Made by a program: the position numbers and the translations under genes. From Phoronis australis (taxonomy: Eukaryota > Animalia > Phoronida): a stretch of DNA of 64,000 bases. The notes under the pieces were generated by a model. That model worked only from the letters and a program-made list of their open reading frames with translations, had not been told where the DNA came from and did no database searches. The first letter of the stretch is position 1. The number at the start of each line of letters is the position of its first letter. The DNA is taken from assembly GCA_002633005.1 (NCBI GenBank), contig NMRA01000243.1, forward strand, positions 523,718 to 587,717, read 5' to 3'. This document shows, piece by piece, positions 39,487-53,832 of the stretch.

Positions 39487-39590
39487 TTGTCTCCTGCACA
39501 GACCCTATAACCATGTTTTGTATATTTAAAATGTATCCTCGTACACGCTATCAGTATCAGTGACATCACAGTGTGAGCACTGGGAACCAG

Positions 39591-40072
39591 CAGCTTCGTC
39601 CCTCAACCTCAAGATAGCGCTGATCGGTTTAGCCATTTGAGGCTTGGTTATAGGAAATACCTTCTACGCAATGATTGGCCGCAATGTTGACGTCATTATT
39701 TTTCAGGTGTTATTGCTGCCATTCATGAAGCAGACGGCAATGTTTTGGTTATTGTTTGAAATAAAGTTGATTGGCGTACTTATTTTCAATTCCTTTATAG
39801 TAATAGTATCATAGAAATTAATCTGTTTTCGAATCAAAATACACCATTTTCGGAATAATTTAGACCTAAATTGCTGCAATATACCGTTAGTTTTCATTTT
39901 TATATTAAACTGCAGAAAGTTTCAAAGCTGATATAACTTCATATTACTTGTGAAATTACGGCAATTTCCGTAAAAGAGTGCCAGAATTCTGACACATTTC
40001 ATTTCCCATAACCAATTAATCCTCAAATAACTAAAACCGATCAGCGCCATCTTGAGCTTGGGAACGAGGCTG
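39591..40072. mobile_element. MITE with ~39-bp TIRs and a 10-bp TSD (AcademH- or MULE-type)
   Basis: cagcttcgtccctcaacctcaagatagcgctgatcggttt vs the reverse complement of the right end, cagcctcgttcccaagctcaagatggcgctgatcggttt; tgggaaccag at 39581-39590 and 40073-40082. Confidence 0.85.
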
Positions 40073-41403
40073 TGGGAACCAGGTTATGAAAATACACGGC
40101 AATATCTCGCGTAATCTCGAGAAGTCTTGATTTTTGGCGAGGTACTTGCGTTACTGAATTCTACCTTGATGTCTGGTTTACCTTCCTATCATCAGAAGAT
40201 TACATTCTGATAACTAACTTGTGGTTAGGTTCTGTTCTCTCGTGCTGGTCGCACGTGATTGGTCAGAATACTGGCATTCTGCACTCACGTTAGACTCCTT
40301 ATAGGACGACTGGTTTTGCGAACGATAATCTGCCTTGTCATTAGACATCCTACCCGCTTTCTCATAAAAAAACATCACATATGAACGTCGTATGCAATAT
40401 ACGTTCTAATAGTATCCAATTTTGTCCAAGCCAAAAACCCAATGTACGCTGACTCAAAGGGAGGAAAACGAGTTTGTGAGAAGTAATGATGCGGCTTTGC
40501 GCTGTTGCAAGGAGCTTTCATTTGCGTATGACATGGGCTACATTCCGTAAACCCAAGGTGCATGCGGCGCCCATGGTTCACTTGAAACTCACGGTCATGT
40601 CTCGCGAAGCCATGCGTGATCTTACGTTTTCGGGAGTTTTTTGCGTCTACAGAACGTCGTGTTGTTCCCACATACTGATAGTAAGCCAGCCAAAAACAGC
40701 ATAACTGCCTTTGGTCTGTGACTTCTAGTTTTGAAAATTGACGAGGTGATATGATTAGTTTTTAGTCGTCCATGTTGCCAGCTGAAACCGAGACTGCAAC
40801 CAGTAGTACCCAAATACGTTGGTTTTGCTTGCCAGTTTTGTCAAACCAGATTTTCACAGAAATTAGGGAATGCTCTACCATCACAGCTGCTGTGAAACAC
40901 ACCTTTGTTACATAACAATCGTCGTCTGTTCTATTCACGTGACCAGCACATATACTCGCTGTGCTAATCTATAGAAATCTGTCGTAAAATAAAGTCTCTC
41001 AAAATCACACCTGATAATCCGCCATGTCGTACGCAGATTATTTCTTTTCAACTGGCTCATCACCAGACACAGTCAGCGGGTTCTAAAATAAATGGTTACC
41101 TGTCTGATGGTGGTATTTCTTTTCAGTTATGCTCGTCAATTAAAATGGCGCCACAGTGGTTGTCAAAAATAAAGAATTCTCAGTAAATATTTCGAACGGA
41201 CCACTCAGTTCCATCTATTCCAAGATGAAAAACTCACAAGTTGTCGTTTGTTTCATTGGGCATTGCAAGTTGTTCTGGTTTGAAAACATTTAGGCCAAAT
41301 ATGCGATCTACGAACTTTCTGTGTCTACTAGTGTGTCTGTAAATACTACTGAAGTTACGTGTGTGGTTGAGACGTGTCAGGTTCTTTTTAGTTCTTCCCA
41401 TCA

Positions 41404-41540
41404 TCACCTGATGCCACCTGAAATGAGTAGATGTCATTCGTTCCTTTTTTACCCTCGGAGTCACCTGATGCCACCTGAAATAAGTTAGGGGTCATTTGTT
41501 CTTTTTTACCCTCAGATTTACCTAATGCCAACTGAAATTA
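41404..41540. repeat. 57-bp tandem repeat, ~2.4 copies
   Basis: tcacctgatgccacctgaaat units start at 41404, 41461 and 41518. Confidence 0.8.
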
Positions 41541-44500
41541 AACGGTCGGGATCATTGTTATTGCTACCCAGCGCCACCTGATGTCAGCAAAAAGAGTTGG
41601 ATCCGTACCCAAAAGTACCATTTTGATCTAGTCTACATTTTTGTAGTTGCGGTTTTCCAAGAAGTACATTTCGCCTTAAGAAATGTCGTTACTGTTAACA
41701 CTACGGTGATATATACAGACCTATGTTCCGTGAGACAGGTTTTTTGCAAGTTTTTCCCGAGATATCACCATGTATTCTTACACATGAAGGACATGAACCC
41801 CATGGCTAATTTTTACTTGCAAGCATCTCGCACAGTGGAACTGGACCTTAGTACCACGACGACTCCACGTTGTGTTATCGATGGATGAAAGAAATCAAGG
41901 GTGTAGTCAAGAAGTTAGGTAAACGTTCGTAACAAGTACCACGTGTTCACTGCACAACAGTTGGCTGACGTCGAGTTAAAATATTTAAACAGTTTTGCAA
42001 ATGTATGTCTGCGGACCGGGGTTTAACATCCTACTCGAAATCGATAAATCCTGGTAACTGTAAATATTACCTCTAAATGACTTTTTTCGAACGTTTTACG
42101 CGACCATATGGAGACAGTAAATTGTACAGACACGCATTACAAGAAACAACAGTTTCACAAGTTTATTCAGTGCTCTATTAAGTTTGTTTGATACAATGTT
42201 CGTCATTTCCCGTAGGGCGTCATCGTATACATTGCTACATAAAATGATACTAGCTTGAGTAACCAAAATTCCGCCAAATCGGACAGTCCTCTTTTCTAAC
42301 GGATTTTCAAACTTCTGGTAGTATTTTTTCGCGAGCGTAAAACCATGTAGATGTATGCTTCAAATTCTTACTCTCATTTACTTTAGACTTCGGGTTCAGC
42401 ATATCTGAGAAATATTAACCATCAGTGATGTGGACAAGACGTTTATGGATTTTAAGTGTACAAACTCAAAGAATTAAGACACAATTTGAATGTCGGTGGT
42501 AATCCAAAGAGCCTCAAAGTTTGACGAGATCCTTTAAATATTTCATTTTATTTCAAGATACAGTTTGTGTGGGAATACTGTTGCAGAAGCTTGTATTCAC
42601 ATGGATATATTTACATGATGACGTCCTACGGAAACTGACGAATTTTGTATAGATTGAGCGTGATCCTATTATGGAATTTTACTGTCACTGGCCGGAAAGG
42701 AATATTGGGAAATGCATCCTCCCCACTGGCAATGCACCTTAGGTCAATCATGAATGTTTGATATTTTACTGGACTAGGCAATTTGCCGCTTGAGTTAGTC
42801 TGAAAAAAGAGAACGCTTTGGTGAAATAACTTCCGAAATAAGCGGTATAGGAATTGACCTAATTACTTAAAATGAAAATTGCAAATGTCTGCCTGTAAGA
42901 AGTATACGCATTAGGGCAATAACTCGCACGTTCCAGTTTTTATCGAAGCTAAAGCCGATGTTTATTGACTTATTAGCAAAACTAGCCATCGTTAGAGCCC
43001 TTTGATGTCTAAAGCAAAAAAGTGACGCGTACTTATTAAACTGGTGGGGACACTATCAGCGGGTTGGGTAATGCACATTTATGGTGATGGTGACACACGT
43101 GTATTCGTTGTGCTTTGTTTTCTGATTATTGAAAAGGTCGCGCTGAGGTTATGTTTCTTTGATTACCTTTCACTAGTCCTATAACAGGGCTGGTTCCGCA
43201 TCTCGAGATACTCAAAAGCGAAAGCTAGAGAGATCACGTGCGCGTTTATAATGCACGGTACTGATGCTTCACTGGTGCAATAACTGCAAGCAGAGGCCTC
43301 CAGTAGAAGATTGAAACTATCTGTGCTAAAACTGCTTAAAAGCCACAACGTTTCACTATTTTTAAAACAAGCCAATGTCTGGAAATTGATATCGTAATAT
43401 GCTGAGCACGCGGAAATGACATCAATTAGCAGCCGATTGAGTTCCGCGTGTGTTCCTACGGTGAAGAAGACGATGTGTTAATAAATTACCCGTGAAAGAA
43501 AATGGGGAATACTTTTCCTGCGCAATTCTATTGTGTTTTGTATGGAATTTTCTGTATGTTCGAGATTTCTCCCTCACTTTTTTGCAGAAAGGGAATTGGG
43601 GAATCTAAGAAACGTGAACGTGAACAGTCGAACATGTACTGATGATCTGAAGAGCTTTAACCAACTTCTTTCGCAGCACCCTCATGTGGTGACGATGTTT
43701 TTTTGCAAATGTGATGGTATTGCAAATTTCATTTCCGGTGTCAACAATACACATGGCCAACAACCATTGGGTTTTTCTAGAAAACAATCATGCAGTTAAA
43801 AAATCAACTACAGAAATGAGCTTTATCCCACGCGCATTGAATCTGTCGAGGGAAATACGGCCATGAAATAAAGTTTTCCGTATTCACCTCCCGCACTACT
43901 TCAACAACGACCTCTGACATGGAAAGTTCAAAAGGTAGGTCAATGTCGACTCGACATCTTCAGCCGGTTCGACCATCAAACTTTCCGAATATAGTTTAAA
44001 GTAATACAGTTGCAACAGTGTAACTAACACTCGACATGCAACCAGGCCCTAAACGTAAAATCTGGAACAAAACTGTTAATTATAAGACACTTATGTCTCA
44101 GTTTTCAATTGCTGAATACTATATCGTCTGCAACTCAGGGGCCGATTCCTAGGAAATTAAAATATCAAATATTGTTGGTTTTTAACAATTTCCAGGAGAT
44201 GTTACAAGTTCACTGCTCAGTTGCCGTTGTTCTCATCTTTGCTACCTCTTTTTAGGAAATAAATCGTTACTTTTAAAACTGTTTCTTTTACAAGAGAAAA
44301 CTTGCAACCTAACGCGCAAGTACATACATGTAGGATGTGATCCGCCAGGTGAGCAGTCTGGGTGAAGTACTTGAAAAATCTGCCGAAAAATGTAAGAAAA
44401 AACAGGTCGAGGTCGATACGCGGAATAAGGTCGAGTGGGATATTACTTCATGTGCGCCACTCTCGGTGCGTTTTGTGTATTTATTTGTGACTTCAGCTTT

Positions 44501-47500
44501 TATTGTGGAGTCCATATATGCGCGTCAAGTTTTATTTACTTATTGTGACCTATACGTAGTCAGGGTTACATGTCTATGGTGTACGAAAATTGACTGGAAT
44601 TTTCAACTCATCAATGATTTTGGCATATTTTGAAATAACTTGATTAACTTCAATAAAATGTGATCCAATTCCAAATTCGGGAAAATCAATAGCGATCGAA
44701 CTCATGCAGCAAGTCCACCGGTGATTTTTTCCAATTTGAGGTAACTCCTCAAGAAATTTGTGATTTAGCGAATTATGACTTGCGTTGATGAAATTTGATG
44801 AAGCAAGCACCAAAATCCGGATACGCCAACGCTTACTGACCCATTTTTACGGAAGCCCCGACCCTTTTTCAATGCTACCCATCACGAAGCAGGCATCGGC
44901 CTTTCATTCTTTGTATGTGCATAGGCGGATTTGTGTTTTGTTTTACCTTTATTCAAACATCAGAAATAGAGCAAACTCGAACGACTACCGCGTTGTTTAT
45001 CCTAACTAAACTTGTGTGCTACCCCGATCGTGTTTCTGTATGTCCATGTTTAACAAATAGATAGACATTTGCACTGTAGTCTAGGCTAATCGTATACAGA
45101 TATTCAAGTAATTTACACAAACCAGTATCTGCTGAAGCCATCACCGCCATTTTACTGGTTTGGAATGATATCGCATCCAGTCTAAAACACTTGATGTGCA
45201 ATACAGACAAATGTACCGGGAAAGACGAGACCAACGTTATCGTTTTAGCAACGTTATGGACGGAGGCTTCAGGCACGCACGAGCACAGGTTGAGATTGTT
45301 TGATTGATCCATATGGTGCATTGTTGTAAAAACAAGCGATATGAACAACAATAAAGCCAATCGCAAATTTGAATATCTTTGCTCATGCTGTTGCGTATTT
45401 TATAGAGAACGAACGATGAACAATTACATGCCTACGAGACGAGTGATACATTTGTAAATTGCATATTGCATTGGTGGTCGATAGACTGGAGATCAGGGCC
45501 AATCCTTGTGCGCGAACACTACGGTGAAGCTAGGAACCAATATATTAGTTCCCCAGGGTTAAGGCAAGTTACTTCAAAGCCCAATAAAAGATTTTGATCC
45601 ATGTGACCTGTGACAACATTACTTTATAATCACGTAAAGAACGTGGTTGAGATGCTACGAAAGTGTAACAGGGCGGCTGTTATCTTGTTTACGTTTACGA
45701 CAAACCACTATTAGAGCAGCGCGGTAACAGTTTCGTAATTTATACCATACTAATTTGAAAATGCTGAGTATCGCATTGTGTTACAGAAACATTTTTATTT
45801 CGAAAACGCCAGAGTCTGTTTCGTGTAGGTGGCTTAAGATTTAAGACAGAATTTTGGTGGGAAAAGATGTAGCCAAGCAAATTTGAACGCATCCCAGTCT
45901 GAAATGATTTACAGAAATAGTCTTAGTAACTTATGTGCATATTCTCCGACATTTTGGACTTTTGCACAGGTAAGATTTGTTTTTCATAAATAGTTTCATG
46001 GAACGTAAGCAAGATCAAGTTTCTGACCTAAGACTTAATTCACTTTTCTTGGAGCAGACCCCTGTTCCCTTTGTTTTATCTTAAATATCGCAGTGATTTA
46101 CCTAATGAAATGCTTACGATGCAGGCATTTGTAAAATCATCAGGTTCACTATTTTGGAAACACAGACGAAATATAAACTCTTTCCTCCCAATACAGTTTC
46201 CCAATTCTCCGACCCTAATAACATATATGTGAGCATGCGCTCAAAGAAGTCGAAGTGGCTGCTCTCGAAATGGCCATTGCTTTGCTTACATCAAAGGTCA
46301 AATATCACATTTTTCATATAAGGGAATGTGCTACGTCTATGTCTTGCCAAACCACGTATGGAGACGTGCTTTGTCTTGTGGGAGACAAATCGACGAAGTG
46401 ACAAGCAGTTTTGACAGATCGTGTTTTTTAAAGTAGAGGAAAATGCTTTGACATCAACAAAAATTCAACATTTTTAAGAACAAACCGTAAAAATACGTGG
46501 TGAACAGTTTGATTTCTGTCTTTTTTGTAGCAGATAACCACTTTGAATAAAGCAATTTAGTCTGTTTTTCACGTTTTATGCCACTTTAAAGTTGTTCCCA
46601 CAGACGGAATCTTTAGGAGTCGGGTTTGTCATCCATAAGATAGAGTACAGTACCTTCAGTGATACTATGAAACATATCCGGGTTATAAAAAGATCACTCT
46701 TGGTTCCATTGGCAAAACTTTTGCACGAACTCGCGGTGCCAAATTAAGCCAATCTTCCACTGAAATCCCAGTTTAAAAAAATCAACAGTTTCCACTTTCG
46801 CAACTGAAAAGCGGCAACAAAGTATTTTCCGAATAAACAGAGAGAAAAATTCTCAAAACTGAAGTCAAATTGATTTTGTTAAGATAAATTTCGTATTTGC
46901 ATTTTACAGAAGTTGTTGAATGGTTGTGATAACAGCATTCAACCAAATCCACACAAGCTTTGGAATAGTGAAAAGTGAAAATGGATGCTTAAAAAGATCG
47001 AAACTTCTCAAAAATATTCCTAAGTGGAACGAACTTCATAAATTGTAAAGAATGTAACAGTATATGGAATCAATTGATACATGGTTCACGATAATAATGG
47101 CATGATGTGTGCAAATTGCCAAAAATCAAAAATATGCAAAATTTTACAAAAAATAGTACAATATGGGATAAGGAGACATTAATAAAGAATATCTATCTAT
47201 ACATTGTCAAGAAAAATTGATAACGGCCATTGGCTGAACATCAGAAATTTAGCTTGACCCAAAACAAGTCACAAAAATCATTGTTGTGAAAAAGAACTGC
47301 AAGTAACACACTGAACTTGAATTTATTTTAAACTTAAACAAATAATGCTGACATCAGCAAATAATTTGCTAATGCTGGCATTGTTTGTGATGAAAATCAA
47401 CAGAACTGGAAAACTGAGAATCCCCGGTGTAAGTTACATTTTTATTATTCTGTATGTTAATAAATATGCGCTTGTGAACCTTCTCAATTTATGAGCTTGA

Positions 47501-50500
47501 GATTGACTTAAGAGGCAACTTACATCATCGCCTCTAGGTAAATACTGTAACATTAGAAGAGTAAGAAAAATCTGATTTAAAAAATGTGGAACTTGAAATA
47601 GGGGACTTTTCGAATATCAAAAGGTTGAATATTTATCTAGCCACGCATGAAAAATAATGCAGATGCCGCATGACGTTATTGCATAATGAAAAGACTGGAG
47701 CTTCGGTCGACTGCCTAATAGTTACCACATTCTGATTACCGACGAAAAAGCGTGACATCATATTGAAATATAGGGCAGCGAAAGCATTGCCAAGTGACCA
47801 TCCACGGCTTTCATAATAAGGGCTACATTCATAATAAGGGTCACACTGAGTTCTGCTGCTTTCTCTACTCGTGAAGTTATATAATAACCGATATTTTTTA
47901 GGACATTTCAGGGCCTCGGTTTCGTGATTCGTCACTCGCTTTACGACAATTTATGGATAGGAATAGTAATAGAATTTAAAAATATAGAAAGAACTGTGCC
48001 CTTAAAAGTTTATTTGAGCAAGAATTTCGACTTTACATGATTTATGCAAGTTCAATTTTTTTTAACTTGGACTAATACTTAAATGGGCTACGTCTTTGTT
48101 CAAGTACCTGCTGTTTCCGTTTCATTTCGTGTTTGGGTGTCCTTGTTGTAAAATATTTTACTATTGTACGTGACATTGTTATAACATACCTTTCTGGTGC
48201 AATCACTGCTGATTTTCTGACTAAAATTTCAGAAGCTTTCATGCCAGGTTTAAACGGTTGTTTGCCACGAAAACATCGTTGATTTCTACGAAAAAATTGT
48301 GTGAATTCCTTTCTCTGTTAGAGATATGCGAGATATCTGACATACAGGTCTCCCGAAGGCTGTAATTATACCAGAACGTTTTCATTTCTTTCATTCTGCT
48401 GAAATTTTGGCTTCCCAAAATCAGCTATAATGTGACGTCTCCATCAATCTCTAAAAGGTCAAATGCGTGCGTGTCCTATCATAATAGTGTCACTAATTGT
48501 GCGCCCAGAATGTGCATGTGGAGTATTTTTTTATTTACTTGAGCTGCGAAATCGTGAATTGCTCATGGTTTCCTCCCAGTGGTCATGAAGTCGTGTTGTG
48601 CAGCTCTCAGTGAGTCACACATCGGGCCAATTGAATGGCTGTTGATTTTAGTTTGATGGATCGACAACTGTGATCATTATGTAAGGCTCATTTACGTTGA
48701 TTTCTAAATCATAATTGTCATTACCCAAGTCCATGAAGAATTCATAGCCAGTTACATTAGTCTTCACCGTGTTACACGTCACCAGCGCGAACGCCATGCA
48801 GCGCAGTGTTAAGTCGCGTTTCTTATTGTCCCAGCGGATATAAATTATGGTCTATTGATCGTGTAGTTTTAATATATAACCGTCGTGGACGCTAAAATGC
48901 CGTTTTCAGCGATAAAGTAGGAGTACTGAAAGTTTGTACACCACTTTGTTATCTGTTGCTTTCTGTGAACTTGAAGAATGGAAGATTTAGGTTGCAGACG
49001 CACGTTCGGAGGGTCCACGCGACCCCGTGCTCGGTGTCTTTGGTCCCTGCGGTATTGGGGGGAATATAATGCCCATGTCATTCCATCGTCTGGCGCCCCT
49101 TCTTATTATCTTGGATCCACCCTGGTAGCGACTAGTGGGCTCGTTTGATGTTTTCGAAGATATCTGAGAGGTTTACAAACACTGGCACTCACAAGAGTCT
49201 ACACCTTGGCCATAAACATGTACGATTAATGCACGTGTATGTCTCTCCATCTTTCAAAAACCCGTTCATCATCAAATACTTGGCACAATCATTGCCTGGA
49301 TAGTGTCAAGGCATTGATTTTATTATCAAGTGATAGATCTAAATTTTATTCATGGACACAAAATATATCGATTGTTCTACGAAATATTTGCATATACACT
49401 CGACGCTAAACCCCTAGGCCTCCAACAGTATTTAATTTGAAGGTCGATCGTCAAATTAAACATAAATATTCACTAGCTGTCTTACTTATTGTTCATTGGA
49501 CTAAATTAAATTGCAAAGTGCATTGGTAGAATGAAATTAAATACAGTCATTATCACGCTAAGGGGACAATCGCGATTGCTGTCAAAAATATTTTTTATTA
49601 GGCCACTTTTCGTCATAAACTCGGTCTTTTATTGTTCCTTAGTTGGATTGGAAACAATTTCTAGCTCGGGGAACAACTAATAGTTCATTTTTGCCTCAGA
49701 CCACCTCATAAACTTTACTTGTCACGGCACGTTAGTTTCGTCCGCCGATGCAGCGTGGCCGTCAGAAGGTCAGAGGAACCAGAATAGTTTTATTGCTACC
49801 AATGCCAATCCAACCAAGTGATGCGAACACGAAGACATCGCTTTGGTAGAGTCAAAAGACAGAAATTCGTTTACGACACCAGAGCCATGGTGAAATCTTT
49901 ACACTCGAACTTCGACTCAGACGTTGACCAATTGCAAATCGCGCTTTGCGTAAACATACAAATTTGTACTCTCGTAAGGCGACATGATTGGTTAAGTTTT
50001 AAGACTGAGTTTGAGTCCAGTCAGAGTTCTGAGATTAGACCCCGAGCCGATGACACAGTTTGTAGCAGTGTTTCGCTATTATCTATTTAATTTGAACACC
50101 GTCGCAGCCAGCGTACATTTCCTCTTCACCTTTTATCAGTTGCGCACGATATCACAAAATTGTACAGCGTTTTAAGCGCATGCACCTGAATGTGAAGCTG
50201 GAACTACATACGGAATCAGGCGCATTCGCCCACTTGTAAAACATCTGAACAAACGCATTATTTCGTATATACGCTCCTGAGCCCAAAAATGTGCACATAC
50301 ATGTACGACAAGCAGGAGTTCCGTGTAAACATTTAACATCGTCGATGTATCGAGTATCCATAGGTGAATGTAAATAGCAGCGCGGTGCATGAAACTAGCG
50401 TGAGTGATTGCGTCAGTAATTAACGTGTTAAACTCCACAAGAATGTCCATTGACCAAATTAGTTTCATTTCACCTTCGATATATTACAATGCTGAGATAG

Positions 50501-51408
50501 TGTACTATTCGTTTGTGCAAGCTGACGCATAGAATTAACTACAGATTGATAAGTCCGCTGAAAGGAAACGGTTCCATCTCCACTTGTATGTCTTCAAAAC
50601 GAAATAGTTTAAAACAAAAAATAAGTATGGAATCTCACCTTATGTTTGCTTTGAGTAGTAGAGGAGTACATTCTAACGCCGAGTCGCCCGCTTCTATACC
50701 GTCATGTCTCGTGGTTAGATCTCTCAGCTCAGCGACCAGATGAAGCTATTATGCCAATCTATTCAAGCCTATTACGATAGCTAACGAATACAAACGCAGA
50801 GTTCCGGAAGTAGGGAGGTTCTAATCATGAAAAGACAAGCTCTTTAGCCAGTTGAACGAAATTCTTTTTTCAAATGGCGCAGTATTGGAAAATGTCAAAT
50901 GACAATAGGCGGGATGTTCAATTATAAATCGCTAATGTGTTTAAAGATCTTAGAAAATATACAATGTTTACCTACGGTATTAGAATTTGTCGGCAATTTA
51001 ATAGAGCGCTATTTGCTCGTTAATGGCACTACAATGGAAATATCGATATCAACTGACTACACGGAACAGCAAAATACTGTTAGATCGAACCGACAAGTCT
51101 TTCAAATACACATATGTAGGCTTTCTCGTTTTGGAATGTTGTTTAAAACTCATTAGATATATTTGCAGCCCCTTACTTGGATAATTACAATTACAATCCC
51201 AAGGTAATTAACCTATTCTCATTTGTGATCTCCCATGTGTGCCTGCATGTGTTGTCTGATTTCTCTTCCCTGTTGTTATTGGGAACATTCCCGATGAGGG
51301 GAACTGATGAGAAATCCGCGACTCGGCCTGGCTGGCCGAACCGGGACGCGAATTCACAACTTAATTAATCCATGGGAAACCGCCGGGCGATCATTGTTTC
51401 AGACCTTC

Positions 51409-51566
51409 CAGTGGCGTATTTAGGAGGGCAAGGGGGCATGGCCCGTCCTAAAATTCTCCCAGAGTCCATTTGGCAGTTCAGGGGTGTGAATGTCTGAGGG
51501 GCAAAATCCTGGCTAATACACTGCCCTGACCCAAACTCCTAACTCAAAATCCTGGATCCGCCCATG
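51409..51566. mobile_element. CA..TG MITE with 5-bp TSD (ccttc), hAT5-like
   Basis: cagtggcgtatttagg ... cctggatccgcccatg; ccttc at 51404-51408 and 51567-51571. Confidence 0.9.
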
Positions 51567-51982
51567 CCTTCAACTGCCCAGGGTGTGCCAATTTTTCTAT
51601 GTCGTGAAACACTCATTCTCAGAAATATGGCTCTACTTTCAGCAGCCCAACAGCCGTGGTCGTAGTGAAGAAATAACGTAGTAATTCGCGAGACAACGGC
51701 CATTGATAAGTTAAAGGTGAAAAGTGACCATGTCAAGCGACAAGGTTTTCAGTCGCAAGACATCTTGGGAAAATTAATTGAGTTTCAATGGTTTCTGAAT
51801 GTCTACGACAGTAGTGTTTGTAAGATTTTTATGAGGAAACTTAGTGTCGTTTTACTTTATACCACTGGTAACAGCGCCATCTTTGTCAGAGAATCCATAC
51901 GGAAAGTCAAAGAACATCCTATCCTCCAAAAAGGGTGTTATCATTGTTTCTCGGTCTTCAGTCATTTTTCCGCGGTGTAGCG

Positions 51983-52150
51983 TGAAACGCCGTTAAATTA
52001 CATTTTACGTCATTGCTACATTTTACGTTGCTAACCCTCTCCTAAAATGTAACAAGTTGTTACGTTTTACGTAGTTGTTACATTTCACGTCGACTACACA
52101 TGCGAGAAATGTACCACTGTTATATTTTACGAAAGCAACGTCATATTGCA
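51983..52150 (+). repeat. Repeat fragment rich in ttacatttt/tgtaac motifs, with an inverted homolog at ~54438-54612
   Basis: cacatgcgagaaatgtacc..ttttacgaaagc.acgtcatatt vs aatatgacgtcgctttcgtaaaatgtaac..ggtacatttctcgcatgtg. Confidence 0.7.
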
Positions 52151-52496
52151 AAGAAAATGACCAAAACCACAAACAAGTGGTATCTAACACGGCCGAGGGT
52201 ACTGGAGTATTTTCGGACGAGGGGTGCCGCCCGAAAATTTTGAATACCTTCCCGTTTAAACGAGAGTGGGCTCGGACAAAAGAGTGCAGACCCATTTAGA
52301 GATTAATTTGTGTAAAAATTCACATTTTCGCACAGTTCTGTTTCAAAAATTCAGGAAAGACACCATTTAGATATAATTTTGTCGAAAATGGCCCCATATA
52401 AGATATTGGAGGGTGTTTTTAGTGAAAAACACCCTTTCTCGTATACCTCTTCTACAGGAATGCTCTCCAGGCTGACTCGACATGAATTGGGCTACC

Positions 52497-52620
52497 TATT
52501 ATCATTTTTATTAGTATTACACTACTATTACTACTGTTACTACTATTACTGGTATAACTACCTTAATTACTATCACTACTATTACTCGTTTTCGTTATCG
52601 TTATTATTATTATTAATATT
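52497..52620. repeat. Degenerate (TAC/TAT)n trinucleotide microsatellite
   Basis: Directly visible; explains the Tyr/Leu-rich spurious ORF 52379-52684. Confidence 0.85.
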
Positions 52621-53832
52621 TACAAATTTATTTTACGAGGACACAATACATGTTTACCAAATTGCTAATACAGGTACATCATAGTCCTCAAAGATTTTAA
52701 AGTCATCTCATTTATGGTTCAATATTTTCATCGGGTTTTCCATAGTGGACAGCGAGTGCTGTTCCAAAAGAATTTTAAAGGGGTTCCGTAAGTTCAGCCT
52801 TAACGATATTGTGAGGAACGTCTTGGCAACTGTGGAAGCAGAGTAGGCCTGCCTTTTGGAAACGAGGTTGAAATTTAAAATCTTGTTTAGACGTGCACCA
52901 ACTTCAAAAATTGATTATTTCTGCACTGTGGGAAAGCACTATATTGTTTGTAAATATAACTATATCCATCTGTAGTTTGTCTCGAAGAACTGAATTCGGA
53001 CAGCAATATTTTCTAAGCGTGAGCATACCCACCGTGTAATCATTTCTGTCTCTTGTTGAAAACATGCCTTTTCAAAGAAGTGGGGATCGTTCCACGATGA
53101 TGTGTAAGTTCAAAAATTGCGTTTAGTTGAACTCTGGAGGCAGACATTTTTCGAGAACTAACGACTAGTTGGCTGCGGTCACCGGGTCATTAGAATAGCT
53201 GGTTACGGACATTCAAAACACGCAACGATTTTATGAAGAACGGGCCCCAATACTCTTAGAACACAGTGATTTAACAGAGTGGTTTGAACTAGGTTTCATT
53301 GAAATTGGATTGTACTGGAACAAAAACGGCCAACGTCGAAGTCAGCGATGTTTAATATGAGCTTTTAATGCAATGTATCAAAAGGGTTAATATACCAAAT
53401 TCCCTTATCAGCGAGTTGCAACACAAAAAGTGGCGCCTCATGAGACACGTGACTTCAAGTCCATTAATAATAGAATGTCCAATCTGTCTTTATTTATGTG
53501 TACTTCGAAAAAACGAACAGCGACCAAATAGCAATTTTAAAAGAGAAAGTGCATGCTTTTGTAGTCTCAAAGGCAGACAGTCAGCTTCTTTGGACTATTG
53601 TCCCTCTAAAATATCAACCTATTTTGCTGTTGATTTGGTAAAATCTGTCAACCTTCCGGCAAACAAATGCGTGCTTGTATTTCCTTCCACCACAATGTCT
53701 AAGAAATTGACATTCGTAACTAAGGTGGTCAGACAGAATCCGTCGGCATCAGAAACTTTGGTTTTGCTCAGTTTGTGTGGAGCAGGGCAATTACTGCATT
53801 AGCTTGGACTCCCAGGCAAGGCTGAAATAAAC

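Noticed and set aside
51200-51400. tRNA-like B-box on the minus strand (gtgaattcgcgtcccggttcgg)
   Set aside because: No A-box or cloverleaf; at most a decayed SINE head.
52379-52684. Tyr-rich 101-aa ORF
   Set aside because: Derived from a degenerate TAC/TAT microsatellite.
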